Shown: in pieces, positions 39,280 to 49,121 of the stretch
How positions within the stretch are numbered: position 1 is the stretch's first letter
Layout: every line of letters begins with the position of its first letter
Source of the DNA: a virus
Reading direction: 5' to 3' (one strand)
DNA: 64,000 bases
IMG/VR virus record: IMGVR_UViG_3300045988_147517
Location: 1 to 64,000 of that record
The notes under the pieces: generated by a model
The model's input: only the letters and a program-made list of their open reading frames with translations
The model's database searches: none
Told to the model about the DNA's origin: nothing
Made by a program: the position numbers and the translations under genes

Positions 39280-40241
39280 AAAACTTTCCTCCTCTCATAA
39301 AGATATTTCCATATATCTAAACCATAATCTATAGGCGCGTCTTTATTTTTTAATAGAAACCAATCATCTTGAACGTATTCAATTTTTGTATAATGCGCCA
39401 ATCTCATTATGTTTTTATCTTGCTTTATATCAACGCCTTTATCGTAGGCAAATACTACGGGAACCCCTAACCGAATTAATATCTTTAGTTGGTCATCGTT
39501 TAAGTGATTTGTTTGGGATGATACACAGTTATTATACCCCATACTTTCAGCAACCATGACTGATTTGGCTCCTTCAAAAATAATTATCTCATTTTTATCT
39601 ATAATATTTTTTCTGTTCTGATATTCCCAATAGAAAAAATCAACGCCATCATATTTATTATAAGAAATATACTTTGGTATACGGCCACATAATGTGCGGC
39701 TACAGATAGAAATAATATTTCCATTAGAATCAAATAGAGGAAAAACTAACGAATCGTCTTGTGGGTTATATTTAACTTGATGATTCTTTAATGTTTGTCT
39801 GCTTATACCTTCCCTTATCCAACTCATTAATTTTTCCTCGCCATCCCAATACTCATCCATACAAGAAGAATCTAAAATTTTTCGATGAATATATTCTTTC
39901 TCTTTTTTCTTTTTAGATATATACTTTCGCATTTCTTTTAAAATGCTGGGCCGACTAATATATTCACCAGTATCTTCAATCCCAGCAAATTTCATCAACA
40001 TTCGCATAGCGTTCAAGAAATCCACATGATGATATTCTTTTATGAAGGTGAGCAAATCTCCACTATATCCACTACTAAAATCACAAAATCTCTGCTTTTC
40101 TGTATCTACTGAAAATGATGGCGTCTTTTCTTCTTTAAAAGGGCTTAAGCCCCAATATTCACCACCCCTTTCTTCTAGTTCTACATACTGAGAAACATAA
40201 TCATAAATGTCAACTTCTTCAAGTAATTCTTCGTAATCCAA
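39276..40241 (-). CDS. DnaG-like DNA primase (TOPRIM) with degenerate zinc-binding motif
   Basis: The N-terminus aligns to the CHC2 zinc-finger region (SPFKEEKTPSFSV....FCDFSSGYSGDLLTF) but most Cys/His ligands are replaced. TTG start. Confidence 0.6.
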   Translation of the reverse strand: MDYEELLEEVDIYDYVSQYVELEERGGEYWGLSPFKEEKTPSFSVDTEKQRFCDFSSGYSGDLLTFIKEYHHVDFLNAMRMLMKFAGIEDTGEYISRPSILKEMRKYISKKKKEKEYIHRKILDSSCMDEYWDGEEKLMSWIREGISRQTLKNHQVKYNPQDDSLVFPLFDSNGNIISICSRTLCGRIPKYISYNKYDGVDFFYWEYQNRKNIIDKNEIIIFEGAKSVMVAESMGYNNCVSSQTNHLNDDQLKILIRLGVPVVFAYDKGVDIKQDKNIMRLAHYTKIEYVQDDWFLLKNKDAPIDYGLDIWKYLYERRKVL

Positions 40242-40259
40242 TTGCTCACCCCCGCCATA

Positions 40260-41639
40260 TTAATATGGCAATCCGTTATCGTCTGCCTCGTCTCTTTCGT
40301 CTCTATGTTGATTCTGAGCTTGATGGTAGTTGAGAGTATTACCATCATACTGAATATCAATCCACTCATTAGAGTTATGTTGTTCTCCATTACGGTTAAA
40401 CACAACTCTTAATCTTGTATTTCCACACGAATTTCCATCTCTAAATATATCTTCTGGCGCTTTTCGCTCTAATGTGATAAGTGTAGAAGTGTTTCTTGCG
40501 ATATTTTTACTAAGCGCCACACTTCCATCTGGATTCATTTGAGCGGCACCCAGTCCGGGAATACCCATATCTCCGCAAATATCATTCTTAATCATGTCAA
40601 CAGTTCTTCCCATAGCCTGAGATACTTCAAATGCTCCGCCCTCAGTTGAGTTTTTAAAGTAATCAATGACCACCAAGTCAAGTTTTTCAATGGCGTTACA
40701 ACGTTTAATCAACATCATGATTTCTGTGTTATCAAACACAGGAACATATTCATGATAAAAATTAAAAGTTTCAATTTCATTATTAGCTTCTTCAATGCGT
40801 TTTAATTTTTCTGGGTCATTAGTTCCATTTTTTACTTCTGAGAAATTAACTCCTGAAACATGAGCAACCATTCTCATATAGTATAACTCATCCGATAACT
40901 CGCTGTCAATAACAACAATTCTTTTTCCTTGTCTTAATAAAAATACAGTAGTGCTTAATAAGAATGCAGATTTTCCCACCTTCTGTTCAGCGCCAATGAT
41001 AACAAGTTCCCCCTCTTCAAGTTGAACATATCTGTCAAGTTCTGGGATTTGCATGGAGATAGATTTAATCTCGCCCTTTTGCCTTCTCAGTAGCTTCTCT
41101 TTAAGAGGTTTTACTTTATATTTAAACTCTTTAACATCCTTAATCATAGCATAGTCACGACTAACTTTTTCAAGTTCATCATAAACTGTGCTTAAAATAT
41201 TGGAAATATCATTATTAAAACACCCGCCCTCGCATTTTTTCAGGGCTTGATATGTATTTCTTCTTAACGCATAATCTTGAACAGTACGTTTGGACATTTT
41301 AAAAGCTTCGGTAGTTCGCTCAGGAAGTAAGTCAGCGTTGTCAAAGATATCTTCAATAATTGAAAACTCAATATCATCAATGTTTTCAGTTTTTGCATCA
41401 GTAGAAGATAACGCGCCAGCAATGTCAATTGGTTTGATGTCTACTTTGGCACCTTCTGTAACTAATTTTGTAAACGCCCAATATATTGACCTATTCGTTT
41501 TGTCATAAAATTGTTTATAAGTCAATCCCTCTGCCGCAAAAATAAGAACTGGTTTTTTAATAATGCTACTAATTACAGCCATTTCTGCATTTGGACTTTT
41601 TAATTCATTAATGTTTTTTCTTTTTAACATTTCTTCCAA
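40260..41639 (-). CDS. DnaB-like replicative helicase
   Basis: N-terminal DnaB-like domain. Walker A IIGAEQKVGKSAFLL. RecA-like core. TTG start after agaggtgg. Confidence 0.7.
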   Translation of the reverse strand: MEEMLKRKNINELKSPNAEMAVISSIIKKPVLIFAAEGLTYKQFYDKTNRSIYWAFTKLVTEGAKVDIKPIDIAGALSSTDAKTENIDDIEFSIIEDIFDNADLLPERTTEAFKMSKRTVQDYALRRNTYQALKKCEGGCFNNDISNILSTVYDELEKVSRDYAMIKDVKEFKYKVKPLKEKLLRRQKGEIKSISMQIPELDRYVQLEEGELVIIGAEQKVGKSAFLLSTTVFLLRQGKRIVVIDSELSDELYYMRMVAHVSGVNFSEVKNGTNDPEKLKRIEEANNEIETFNFYHEYVPVFDNTEIMMLIKRCNAIEKLDLVVIDYFKNSTEGGAFEVSQAMGRTVDMIKNDICGDMGIPGLGAAQMNPDGSVALSKNIARNTSTLITLERKAPEDIFRDGNSCGNTRLRVVFNRNGEQHNSNEWIDIQYDGNTLNYHQAQNQHRDERDEADDNGLPY

Positions 41640-41659
41640 ATTAAAACCACCTCTTATCT

Positions 41660-42505
41660 CTAGTCTGTTTCAATCTCTTTTGCGTAATATTCACATTCAT
41701 CTCTAAAGTCACAAAGGTTCGTACAATAAAATATATCAGAAGTATTTGGTAACCATAAAAATTCTGATTCAATATTCTTTACTGTATCAACAGCCCAATC
41801 TAACGCTTCTTCTATAACCTCATCGGTCATTTTAAACTTCTCAATATGATTAATTCTAAATTGGTTAAACCATGCTTCTTTAACAGGTTTCCCCCATTTA
41901 TATTGAGCATATAAAGAATAGAGCGCAAGTTGTCTACAATATTCTGCTTTCTCTCCAACAGATTTAAACTTTCCTTTAGATTTATGGTCGATAACATAAA
42001 GTTCGTCGTCCTTATCTACGATTAAGTCAATGAATCCATTTAAAATAAAAGGTTTGCCTTTGTGATTTATTAACAAATTAAAATTTTCTTCAACGCCTAG
42101 AACTTTGTATTTGTTTTTATTTCCAAAGTTATCTTGAAAACCTTCAAAATTTTCAAAGAATTGATAGCCACCATTATAGTATAATTCAGTCAAGTCCTTT
42201 TCAAAGAAATCATTACTCTTTGAAGGTATCAACATTTGAATGCCTTCGGAACATTCTTCCGAAAACCTTTCAACGTATTCATCTTTTAAATCGTTAACGT
42301 TCAATTCTTCGTTAAAATACGATTCTAATATTGAATGAACCATTGTCCCATATGAAGAAAATCCATTTGCTTTCCCATGTTTTTTTCTATTATATCGCTC
42401 ATTATATTGATATTGACAGGTATGATAAGTAGACAATCGGCTGAATGAATACTTATTAATACCTGTCAAATCTTGTACAATGAGTTTATCAATATCTAAA
42501 CTCAT
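41660..42505 (-). CDS. PD-(D/E)XK (RecB/Cas4-like) exonuclease
   Basis: Motif GFIDLIVDKDDELYVIDHKSKGK. Cys at the N-terminus (TCQYQ) and a C-terminal cluster CTNLCDFRDEC. Confidence 0.6.
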   Translation of the reverse strand: MSLDIDKLIVQDLTGINKYSFSRLSTYHTCQYQYNERYNRKKHGKANGFSSYGTMVHSILESYFNEELNVNDLKDEYVERFSEECSEGIQMLIPSKSNDFFEKDLTELYYNGGYQFFENFEGFQDNFGNKNKYKVLGVEENFNLLINHKGKPFILNGFIDLIVDKDDELYVIDHKSKGKFKSVGEKAEYCRQLALYSLYAQYKWGKPVKEAWFNQFRINHIEKFKMTDEVIEEALDWAVDTVKNIESEFLWLPNTSDIFYCTNLCDFRDECEYYAKEIETD

Positions 42506-42515
42506 TGATTACACC

Positions 42516-42848
42516 TTAGAATGGAGTAACGGTTGCAGAATCTTCGTTATAAGTGATTTCATCAATATCATAGATATTTAAAACAGGATTCTTTGGGTAG
42601 CGCTTTTCTCCATCGGCGTTAACATAAGGGGTATTTTGCATTTTCCCCTGTAAAAGTTTAAATGATTTAATGTCTGGATTCTGGGAAACTTTCTCGTATG
42701 CATTACCAAAGAATGTGCAGAAAAATCTTGAATAAATTCGCTCACCCTTTGGATTTTTATCTGGAACTGAGACAGATGCCCGCGCCAAATTCCCCTTATC
42801 CTCATAGTTATTTCCGTTCAAATACATATACTGTTCTTTTACCCACAT
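42516..42848 (-). CDS. Hypothetical protein, possibly an OB-fold ssDNA-binding protein
   Basis: The call rests on its position between the nuclease and the annealase; sequence support is weak. Confidence 0.3.
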   Translation of the reverse strand: MWVKEQYMYLNGNNYEDKGNLARASVSVPDKNPKGERIYSRFFCTFFGNAYEKVSQNPDIKSFKLLQGKMQNTPYVNADGEKRYPKNPVLNIYDIDEITYNEDSATVTPF

Positions 42849-43011
42849 AAATTATTACCTCTCTTTATTGATATTCTATAAACAAATCTTCGACTTCTAT
42901 TCCCCATGCGCGAAATACATCTTGCACATTGATTAATAGCTCGTCGACATCAATGTTATCAAAACTCTCATCGCATTCTAATAATAAATGCATTTCACCT
43001 TCATACATATT

Positions 43012-43800
43012 TTACTCCAAATTTTTCACAATGTCAAGTGCTTTTTTAATATCTGCTTCAGTAGTGATTTTATTTACATCGCCTTTTGGCTCTACCTGTT
43101 TTAACGCTTCGATTACCCTCTGTCTTCTAGTGCTATCATTCTGAGTATACTTGGCGCATTCTGCAATAAGATTTTCTTTTAGAGGGTCTTTTGCTTTAGT
43201 CACTGTTTTTTTAGCAGTTTTTGCTGGGGATTTCTTATTAACACCAGCGGCGGCATTACCATCATCATCAACCTCTCCGGCAACACCAGCAATAGCATTG
43301 ACCGAAAATCTTCTTAAATATGTGATTACAGCGCCCATACCCTGAATATCTGCTTTGGCTGGTTTCCCTGTTAAAGATGGGAAAGACATATACGCACCAC
43401 TCTCATGCGTTAAAATCGTCTGTACACTCCCCATGCCATCACTTGTAACTTTTGGAGATTGAATAAGTGCCAAACCATACTTGCCCATGACGGGACGAAT
43501 GGCATTTAATACTTCACTGAGTGGCGCGTACTTTGACTTGAAAAACGGATTATCTGCATTATTTTCAGGATTTCCAACTTCTGCAAAGTATTTCCCTAAG
43601 GCGCCAAACATCTCCGCCCGCGCTTCGTCTGAGCCGCTAATTTCTACATTTCCATCATCCGCTACCACACTGATATCTTCTAAAATTAATTCATCAGGAA
43701 TTGCATATTGCATAACGGGAGTATCGATTAATGGCGCTTCAATAGTACCATATTCTATTGTTGAATTATGAGAATTTGATTGAATAATATTTTCGTCCAT
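43012..43800 (-). CDS. ERF-family single-strand annealing recombinase
   Basis: The segment FFKSKYAPLSEVLNAIRPVMGKYGLALIQ is typical of the ERF superfamily. Confidence 0.65.
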   Translation of the reverse strand: MDENIIQSNSHNSTIEYGTIEAPLIDTPVMQYAIPDELILEDISVVADDGNVEISGSDEARAEMFGALGKYFAEVGNPENNADNPFFKSKYAPLSEVLNAIRPVMGKYGLALIQSPKVTSDGMGSVQTILTHESGAYMSFPSLTGKPAKADIQGMGAVITYLRRFSVNAIAGVAGEVDDDGNAAAGVNKKSPAKTAKKTVTKAKDPLKENLIAECAKYTQNDSTRRQRVIEALKQVEPKGDVNKITTEADIKKALDIVKNLE

Positions 43801-44492
43801 TAAATAGCACCAACCTTTTCTGCTAATATAACCATTCTTCCAAATGCAGTTACGCCTTCAATGATACTTTCTAAACTCTGTCTTTCATACAATGATAGGT
43901 CTTTGTAACTGTCGCTATTCATCATTTCTTCCATATCATTTGTTAATGAATTAAAAAACTCTTCTACGGTTTTAGCATTGTATAAGTCATCACACACTTT
44001 TCTCATCATTTTTGCGTCCTCTTCCTCGTCCTCGTCAATAATATTTAAGAGTTCTGGAATTAACGACGCTTTTAGTTGTTTAAGAATTTCGGATGATTCA
44101 TCCTTTTCTGTGTCATTCCCTACTTCATTTGTAACGAATCTCTCGAATGCCTCATTAAAATCTGATAGACTGTTCCCTGAAATCGAATCTCCATTGCAAT
44201 CATCAAATTTAACTTTAGGTTTGTTGCTAAGGCGATATTCCATGTAAGTCATAATAGAATAATTTGCCAAATCTCTTAATGTGTCTTCTAAAGACTCATA
44301 CACAACATCATCCTTATCTGCAATTTGTAGCGCACGATTTAACTTATGTTTAATCTGGTAAAGACATGGCTTTACACCATCCTCATCAAACATTTGCCCA
44401 AAGCTATCACCATATTCTTCATTTTTGCTTACGTAAACTTCACTTAACTCTTCACACACTCTTTTAAATTCAATTAATTTTTCTGATACCAT
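43800..44492 (-). CDS. Hypothetical protein with MazG/DUF1599-like N-terminal domain
   Basis: Pattern KNEEYGDSFGQ....IKHKLNRALQI (recalled family pattern). The C-terminal half is acidic. Confidence 0.35.
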   Translation of the reverse strand: MVSEKLIEFKRVCEELSEVYVSKNEEYGDSFGQMFDEDGVKPCLYQIKHKLNRALQIADKDDVVYESLEDTLRDLANYSIMTYMEYRLSNKPKVKFDDCNGDSISGNSLSDFNEAFERFVTNEVGNDTEKDESSEILKQLKASLIPELLNIIDEDEEEDAKMMRKVCDDLYNAKTVEEFFNSLTNDMEEMMNSDSYKDLSLYERQSLESIIEGVTAFGRMVILAEKVGAI

Positions 44493-44502
44493 AATATTCT
44501 CC

Positions 44503-44868
44503 TTAAAAATTTAACGTTATTTTCAATTCATTAAGCAATTCTTCATCAAAATAATCAGAATAATCTACTTTAATTTCTTTTGTCTCAGCCTCATATAACT
44601 TTTCAAACGTATCAACTGAGATATTATAGAATTCACCATCAATATTTTTTACTAAATAAGTATTGAATGGGGAGTGGAATAATACTTCGCCGCTATCTAA
44701 AGACTTAAAAGCATAATGAATAGGGGATGTTTCATTTACAACCTCCATTCTTAATCTATTCTTCTCAAGAAATCTTAACAAATCTCTAAATTCATTTTCG
44801 GTATATGCACATGATAATTTAATTCTTACTGCTTCAATTAATGTTGGCTTATGTTTATAAACTCCCAT
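44503..44868 (-). CDS. Hypothetical protein
   Basis: Operon ORF that overlaps the thyX stop. Confidence 0.5.
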   Translation of the reverse strand: MGVYKHKPTLIEAVRIKLSCAYTENEFRDLLRFLEKNRLRMEVVNETSPIHYAFKSLDSGEVLFHSPFNTYLVKNIDGEFYNISVDTFEKLYEAETKEIKVDYSDYFDEELLNELKITLNF

Positions 44869-45583
44869 AATATTCCCTCATTTCTTTGGATTTTCCACAA
44901 GACATATTTCCTTCTGGACAATTTCCGCCTACGCAAAACGGCCCAGCGTCTCTAAATAATACTGGCGCTACTTTTTTACACTCTCTTAACATTTGGTCGG
45001 CAACATCTTGTATTTCATCTTGCGCCCTAGTGCAACATCTTTGATTGAAAAAATGTAACAATTCTCTAGCGTTTGCTTTAAGAATCATTTTAGTTTCACA
45101 AGCATTTGGAAGTACATAACGAGCATTTTCGTATGCCTGTTTCTCATTCATACCACTTTTAATCAACTCATCAACGATATCATTATACGCGCCATATGAT
45201 GATTCCATGGCTCTGGTATACATATCTATAATCTTTGCTCCCCCTACAATGATTGCTGGTGTTGGAATAATATAATTAAAGTCAGTTTCTGACACATAGC
45301 GTTGTGAACGCTGATTAAAACTCATTAACCGATGACGCACTAACTGATGGCTAGTTGAACGCGAAATTCCCTCAATAGAGAATGTGAAATCGGCTTGTTC
45401 TAAAGGCGTTCCATGCGTACTTGGTAAACGTTTTAAGAATTTTTCAGCCTCTTCGTTTGTTGAGATATTAAATAAATCATCGGCCGATTTATCACTATAG
45501 CAGAGCTTAGCGGCCGTTGCTACCGCTTTTTCTGGCTCCGGTGTGTAAGATAATAATTTTACTTTTGGCGCTACTTCTTTCAT
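44855..45583 (-). CDS. thyX: Flavin-dependent thymidylate synthase
   Basis: ThyX signature HQLVRHRLMSFNQRSQRY. Confidence 0.85.
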   Translation of the reverse strand: MKEVAPKVKLLSYTPEPEKAVATAAKLCYSDKSADDLFNISTNEEAEKFLKRLPSTHGTPLEQADFTFSIEGISRSTSHQLVRHRLMSFNQRSQRYVSETDFNYIIPTPAIIVGGAKIIDMYTRAMESSYGAYNDIVDELIKSGMNEKQAYENARYVLPNACETKMILKANARELLHFFNQRCCTRAQDEIQDVADQMLRECKKVAPVLFRDAGPFCVGGNCPEGNMSCGKSKEMREYYGSL

Positions 45584-45586
45584 TAT

Positions 45587-45856
45587 TTAATTGTCCTCCA
45601 ATTCTATATTAGCATCACTGTAATCATGTGAAACAACTATATAGTATTCACCATCTTCGCTTTTAAGGATAATGACAATACTATTCCCAGACGAACAATA
45701 ATAATAACTACTATCATCATCATTTTCAAGCGTTTGAATTCCAGTTTTAATCCACTTATTAATATCCTTATCTTTTATCTTTACACCATTTTTAAAAGAA
45801 TAAAAATCTTCTGGATACTGTGGAACATCCACTTCTTTATACACTTTAATCTTCAT
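45587..45856 (-). CDS. Hypothetical protein
   Basis: The start was moved to the ATG at 45856, after aaggagg. The longer track ORF would begin inside the promoter. Confidence 0.5.
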   Translation of the reverse strand: MKIKVYKEVDVPQYPEDFYSFKNGVKIKDKDINKWIKTGIQTLENDDDSSYYYCSSGNSIVIILKSEDGEYYIVVSHDYSDANIELEDN

Positions 45857-45880
45857 ATGTACCTCCTTTTTTCTATAATA

Positions 45881-45909
45881 ATTATACCACACCCCATGCA
45901 TTTTGTCAA
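45881..45909 (-). promoter_or_regulatory. Consensus sigma70-type promoter
   Basis: TTGACA-aaatgcatggggtgtgg-TATAAT on the minus strand. Confidence 0.7.
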
Positions 45910-46041
45910 CAGGGTATGGTATTTTTCTTTAAATATTTCTAAATTCAAAAGCAATCCTAATTTAATTAATTACAAATATTTTTATAAAGCTCTATTTCTT
46001 AAAAATGCTTTAAAAAGCAAACAATTATAAAAATTTATTTT

Positions 46042-46275
46042 TTAGTCATCTTCTACGAATAATTTTATTTCTACATGGGGATTTACTCCTTTTTCAAAAT
46101 GGTAATGAAACTCTCTCTTTGCAATTATTCCATGATAAACTGTTCCATTGCTAAGATTAATTACAATCTTTTCATTTTCATTCGGTATGACAGGATAATC
46201 TCTGAAATCCATATTCCCGATTGATTCCCAATTATTTAAAAAATCATCCCAAGCATATAGTACTGTATGTATCAT
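46042..46275 (-). CDS. Hypothetical protein
   Basis: Operon ORF. Confidence 0.5.
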   Translation of the reverse strand: MIHTVLYAWDDFLNNWESIGNMDFRDYPVIPNENEKIVINLSNGTVYHGIIAKREFHYHFEKGVNPHVEIKLFVEDD

Positions 46276-46745
46276 TTTTCTTTCTTCTTAGTGAGGTCAA
46301 GTTCTACCTCAAATTCCTCAAACTCTGCATCTTCTGGCGCGCTCATTTCGACTTGTTCTTTTGCGGCCTCCATTTCTTCTTGTTCCCTTTCCTGCTCTTC
46401 TTCAAATTCTTTCTGGCGCTCTTCCATTTCTTTTTGGAATTTTTCTGCTTCTTCAGGTGTCATTGGATTCATACCTACAAAAACATAGACACTACATAAC
46501 ATTTCACCAACATCTTCAAAATCAATTTTAACAATTTGATTTGCTTCGAGCGCTACAACGTGAATAACTTTTAATTCATCATTAATATTGCATTCAAAAT
46601 ACGACCCATTTGATAGTCCATACCCTTCAAATAAATCTTCTGTTGGAACGGCAAATTGATATCTCGAAAAACCATTTTCCATTTCTTCATATTTTACACT
46701 ACATCTTACACTTCTTGTTTCATCTTTTTTAATTTCTTCCATCAT
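46272..46745 (-). CDS. Hypothetical protein with acidic coiled-coil C-terminus
   Basis: ATG ATG at 46745 after aaggag is preferred over the track start at 46772. Confidence 0.45.
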   Translation of the reverse strand: MMEEIKKDETRSVRCSVKYEEMENGFSRYQFAVPTEDLFEGYGLSNGSYFECNINDELKVIHVVALEANQIVKIDFEDVGEMLCSVYVFVGMNPMTPEEAEKFQKEMEERQKEFEEEQEREQEEMEAAKEQVEMSAPEDAEFEEFEVELDLTKKKEK

Positions 46746-46944
46746 CAATCTCCTTTGCTTCTTTATATTCAATCAAGGGGCAATTTGTTCGCCGCTTGTA
46801 TTTTAAACTAGTATCTTTTTTAGCATATGGCAAAATCTTACATTCGTAATATTCTGAATTTCCACCATAAACATGATTGCTCTTAATACTCTTGAATAAA
46901 CATTCTGCACAACTTTCTGGATATTTATCAACAACTATTTTCAT
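46729..46944 (-). CDS. Hypothetical Cys-containing protein
   Basis: Operon ORF, preceded by a possible 35-codon mini-ORF. Confidence 0.45.
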   Translation of the reverse strand: MKIVVDKYPESCAECLFKSIKSNHVYGGNSEYYECKILPYAKKDTSLKYKRRTNCPLIEYKEAKEIDDGRN

Positions 46945-47059
46945 CTTACCATTAAACTTTCTAATACTTCATTCTTTATAATGTCGTAAAGCATATCTTG
47001 TGCTACTTTTTCCATAATTGAATTATTCCCATTAATATCTAAATCCATCGCTTGTTTTA

Positions 47060-47170
47060 GATAATAAGACAAAGGCTCCCCTTATTTAGGCACATTTTCA
47101 CGCTTCTCGCTCAAGCACTACAATAAGTACAGTATCAACGAGCTATCCCCGTCCTAACAGCGGTTCTTGC
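47060..47170 (-). ncRNA. Orphan TnpB-type omegaRNA-like scaffold, copy A (with candidate 3' guide)
   Basis: Minus-strand sequence is aaccgctgttaggacggggatagctcgttgatac...ttgagcgagaagcg-tgaaaatgtgCCTAAat.... It is homologous to the scaffold 3' of tnpB. No ORF is present. Confidence 0.5.
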
Positions 47171-47300
47171 TAACGATTTGTCAATCTTTGATTAACTCCT
47201 TTTCTCTCTGGGAATCAAATTCAAAATCCTCATTCGATTCTGGTATTTCATAAGGGTCATGGTCATAGCACCACATACAACCATCACATTCCTTTGTTCC

Positions 47301-47329
47301 ATTATAACATAATAGCGCCAATATGTCAA
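47301..47329 (-). promoter_or_regulatory. Consensus sigma70-type promoter with TTGGCGCT motif in the spacer
   Basis: TTGACA-tattggcgctattatgt-TATAAT on the minus strand, ~130 nt upstream of scaffold A. Confidence 0.65.
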
Positions 47330-47616
47330 CCTTCTTTCGGTTTATCTTCAATTATATTCTTTACTTCCTCCACAAATTCTTTATTGCGTTCCGTGCTTTT
47401 AATCCTACAATGCCGAATTTGTAGCAGTGTTATAAATGCTACAATCCCCAAGATTACTGCCATAAGTCTGGCTTGTACAATTGTAACTCCTAGTCGTCCA
47501 AGCAAATGATAAAAATTAAAAAGATTGTCTGTCGCAAATCCGAAAACAACCATTATACTAAAAACAACAAAAATCGCTTCAAAAAAGCACCATAAAATAT
47601 TTTTAATTTTGTCCAT
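47326..47616 (-). CDS. Small membrane protein
   Basis: Three hydrophobic segments. Confidence 0.5.
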   Translation of the reverse strand: MDKIKNILWCFFEAIFVVFSIMVVFGFATDNLFNFYHLLGRLGVTIVQARLMAVILGIVAFITLLQIRHCRIKSTERNKEFVEEVKNIIEDKPKEG

Positions 47617-47632
47617 ACTGCCTCCATGCTCG

Positions 47633-48382
47633 TCAATTTACTTCTAAAATTCTATCATATAGCACATGAAATTCGCTGATATAATCTCCTTGCTCAATCA
47701 TAAGCCCCATAGGTATAACTTTATTATTTCCTTCTAATTTATGAAGGCATAAATCATCTTCTATATGGTAATGACCAGCGAACCATTTATCAAATTTAAC
47801 CGCGTTTAAAATTTCATCACTCAAAAAATTTGTAAACACATTGGGTTCAAACCACCTATCTCTCAAAAGTCCAACATAGGTAGGTATATCATGTGTAATA
47901 ATATAATCTACCTCATTATTATTTCTTTGCAAATTATTTATCGCATTTAAACATTCTTTATTATTCGGAACTTCCTCTGGCCACCAATCTAATCCGGGCG
48001 TCCTTAATTCTTTATCATGAGATGGCGCACCCCCTAGTGCCAAAAACTTTTTATCTTCAATAATAAAAATTTCTCCACGCATCAGGTGGTATACGCTGTC
48101 ATTAATTTTATGTGCTTTTCCGCCAAATAAATTAACTGTTTCGAATTCGTTTAATAAGTGGTGATTCTCATGATTTCCATCAATAAATAAAGTTGTGAAT
48201 GGTTTATTGTCGAACCATTTCTGCCAATACTTATCTGTATTGCTATTGTCCCACACCACTCCAAAATCGCCACAGACAATTAAGTAATCCCGCTTAGTGA
48301 GTTGGCGCTGTTCAGGCCATGCTTTCGTAGTGAGTTTATGAATATCTATAGGGCAATGTACATCACCTGTCACAAAAATCAT
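47633..48382 (-). CDS. Calcineurin-like metallophosphoesterase
   Basis: Motifs GDVHC, GDFG and GNHENH, followed by later His residues. Confidence 0.7.
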   Translation of the reverse strand: MIFVTGDVHCPIDIHKLTTKAWPEQRQLTKRDYLIVCGDFGVVWDNSNTDKYWQKWFDNKPFTTLFIDGNHENHHLLNEFETVNLFGGKAHKINDSVYHLMRGEIFIIEDKKFLALGGAPSHDKELRTPGLDWWPEEVPNNKECLNAINNLQRNNNEVDYIITHDIPTYVGLLRDRWFEPNVFTNFLSDEILNAVKFDKWFAGHYHIEDDLCLHKLEGNNKVIPMGLMIEQGDYISEFHVLYDRILEVN

Positions 48383-48678
48383 TATTTCTCAACCTTTCTG
48401 CAATGCACATTTAAATTATTTGAATCCATATTGTAAATAATTCGTTCAATCACATAATAATTTCCATTCTTATAAACTTCTTCCCCAATTTGCGGGGTGT
48501 GAAAAGTTTTCACATGTTCTGGCTTACTATCGTTGGGAATAAGATAATAATATTGTTCTTCCATCATTTCTCCTATATCCTTATTATGCGTAGTTGTAAC
48601 CTTCCAATAAACAAAACACATTCCAACAACCATTACAACAACTATAATGGCGGTAATTATATTATATCTTATCTTCAT
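48382..48678 (-). CDS. Small membrane-anchored protein
   Basis: N-terminal TM helix. Confidence 0.45.
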   Translation of the reverse strand: MKIRYNIITAIIVVVMVVGMCFVYWKVTTTHNKDIGEMMEEQYYYLIPNDSKPEHVKTFHTPQIGEEVYKNGNYYVIERIIYNMDSNNLNVHCRKVEK

Positions 48679-49091
48679 ATTTCCTTTTTCCTAAATAAAT
48701 TATTAAAGTGCTCCAGCGTATATATCGTGGCGCTATCCTTTTTAGGATAATCCATTACAATTATATGCGGGATTCCGTCTTTATCTTTTACGCCCTTAAT
48801 AATTTCATACTCATTCCCATATATATCAACATACACCGAATCGGTAGATTTAAACTCCTTATTTAATTCCACACGCCTAACAACTAGCCCTATAAGAAAC
48901 CCAATGATGGTGACACCCATCCAAATACTAGGCATAGCATTATTACCTAAGCCTAGCACTTTCATATACAAATCAAGTGTAAACATTCCATCATAGATAA
49001 ACACGCATATGACTAATGTTAAGACCGCTACCCCAACCCCACAAAACCCATAACGCAACCATGTTAAAATTGATTTTATTTTATCATTCAT
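48675..49091 (-). CDS. Membrane protein
   Basis: Two TM helices. ATGA overlap with the downstream gene. Confidence 0.5.
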   Translation of the reverse strand: MNDKIKSILTWLRYGFCGVGVAVLTLVICVFIYDGMFTLDLYMKVLGLGNNAMPSIWMGVTIIGFLIGLVVRRVELNKEFKSTDSVYVDIYGNEYEIIKGVKDKDGIPHIIVMDYPKKDSATIYTLEHFNNLFRKKEI

Positions 49092-49121
49092 AAAAGTATC
49101 CTCTCATCCAAAAGTAGTTGG

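Noticed and set aside
40181-40405. A minus-strand 74-aa ORF spanning the helicase-primase junction.
   Set aside because: It is out of frame with, and overlaps, the ends of two well-supported genes. It is probably not expressed.
41660-42505. The Cas4-like PD-(D/E)XK nuclease with a Cys cluster was considered as a possible adaptation module for the CRISPR-like array.
   Set aside because: It lies ~8 kb from the array and sits next to the ERF annealase and an SSB-like gene, which is the classic phage recombination exonuclease context. No cas1 or cas2 gene is present.
47184-47350. A possible ~55-codon Cys-rich ORF (..KECDGCMWCYDHDPYEIPESNEDFEFDSQREKELIKD*) between gene 47326..47616 and scaffold A.
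   Set aside because: The only upstream start is a TTG inside the preceding gene, and the consensus promoter lies within the ORF. The internal ATG lacks a good SD. The case is unresolved.
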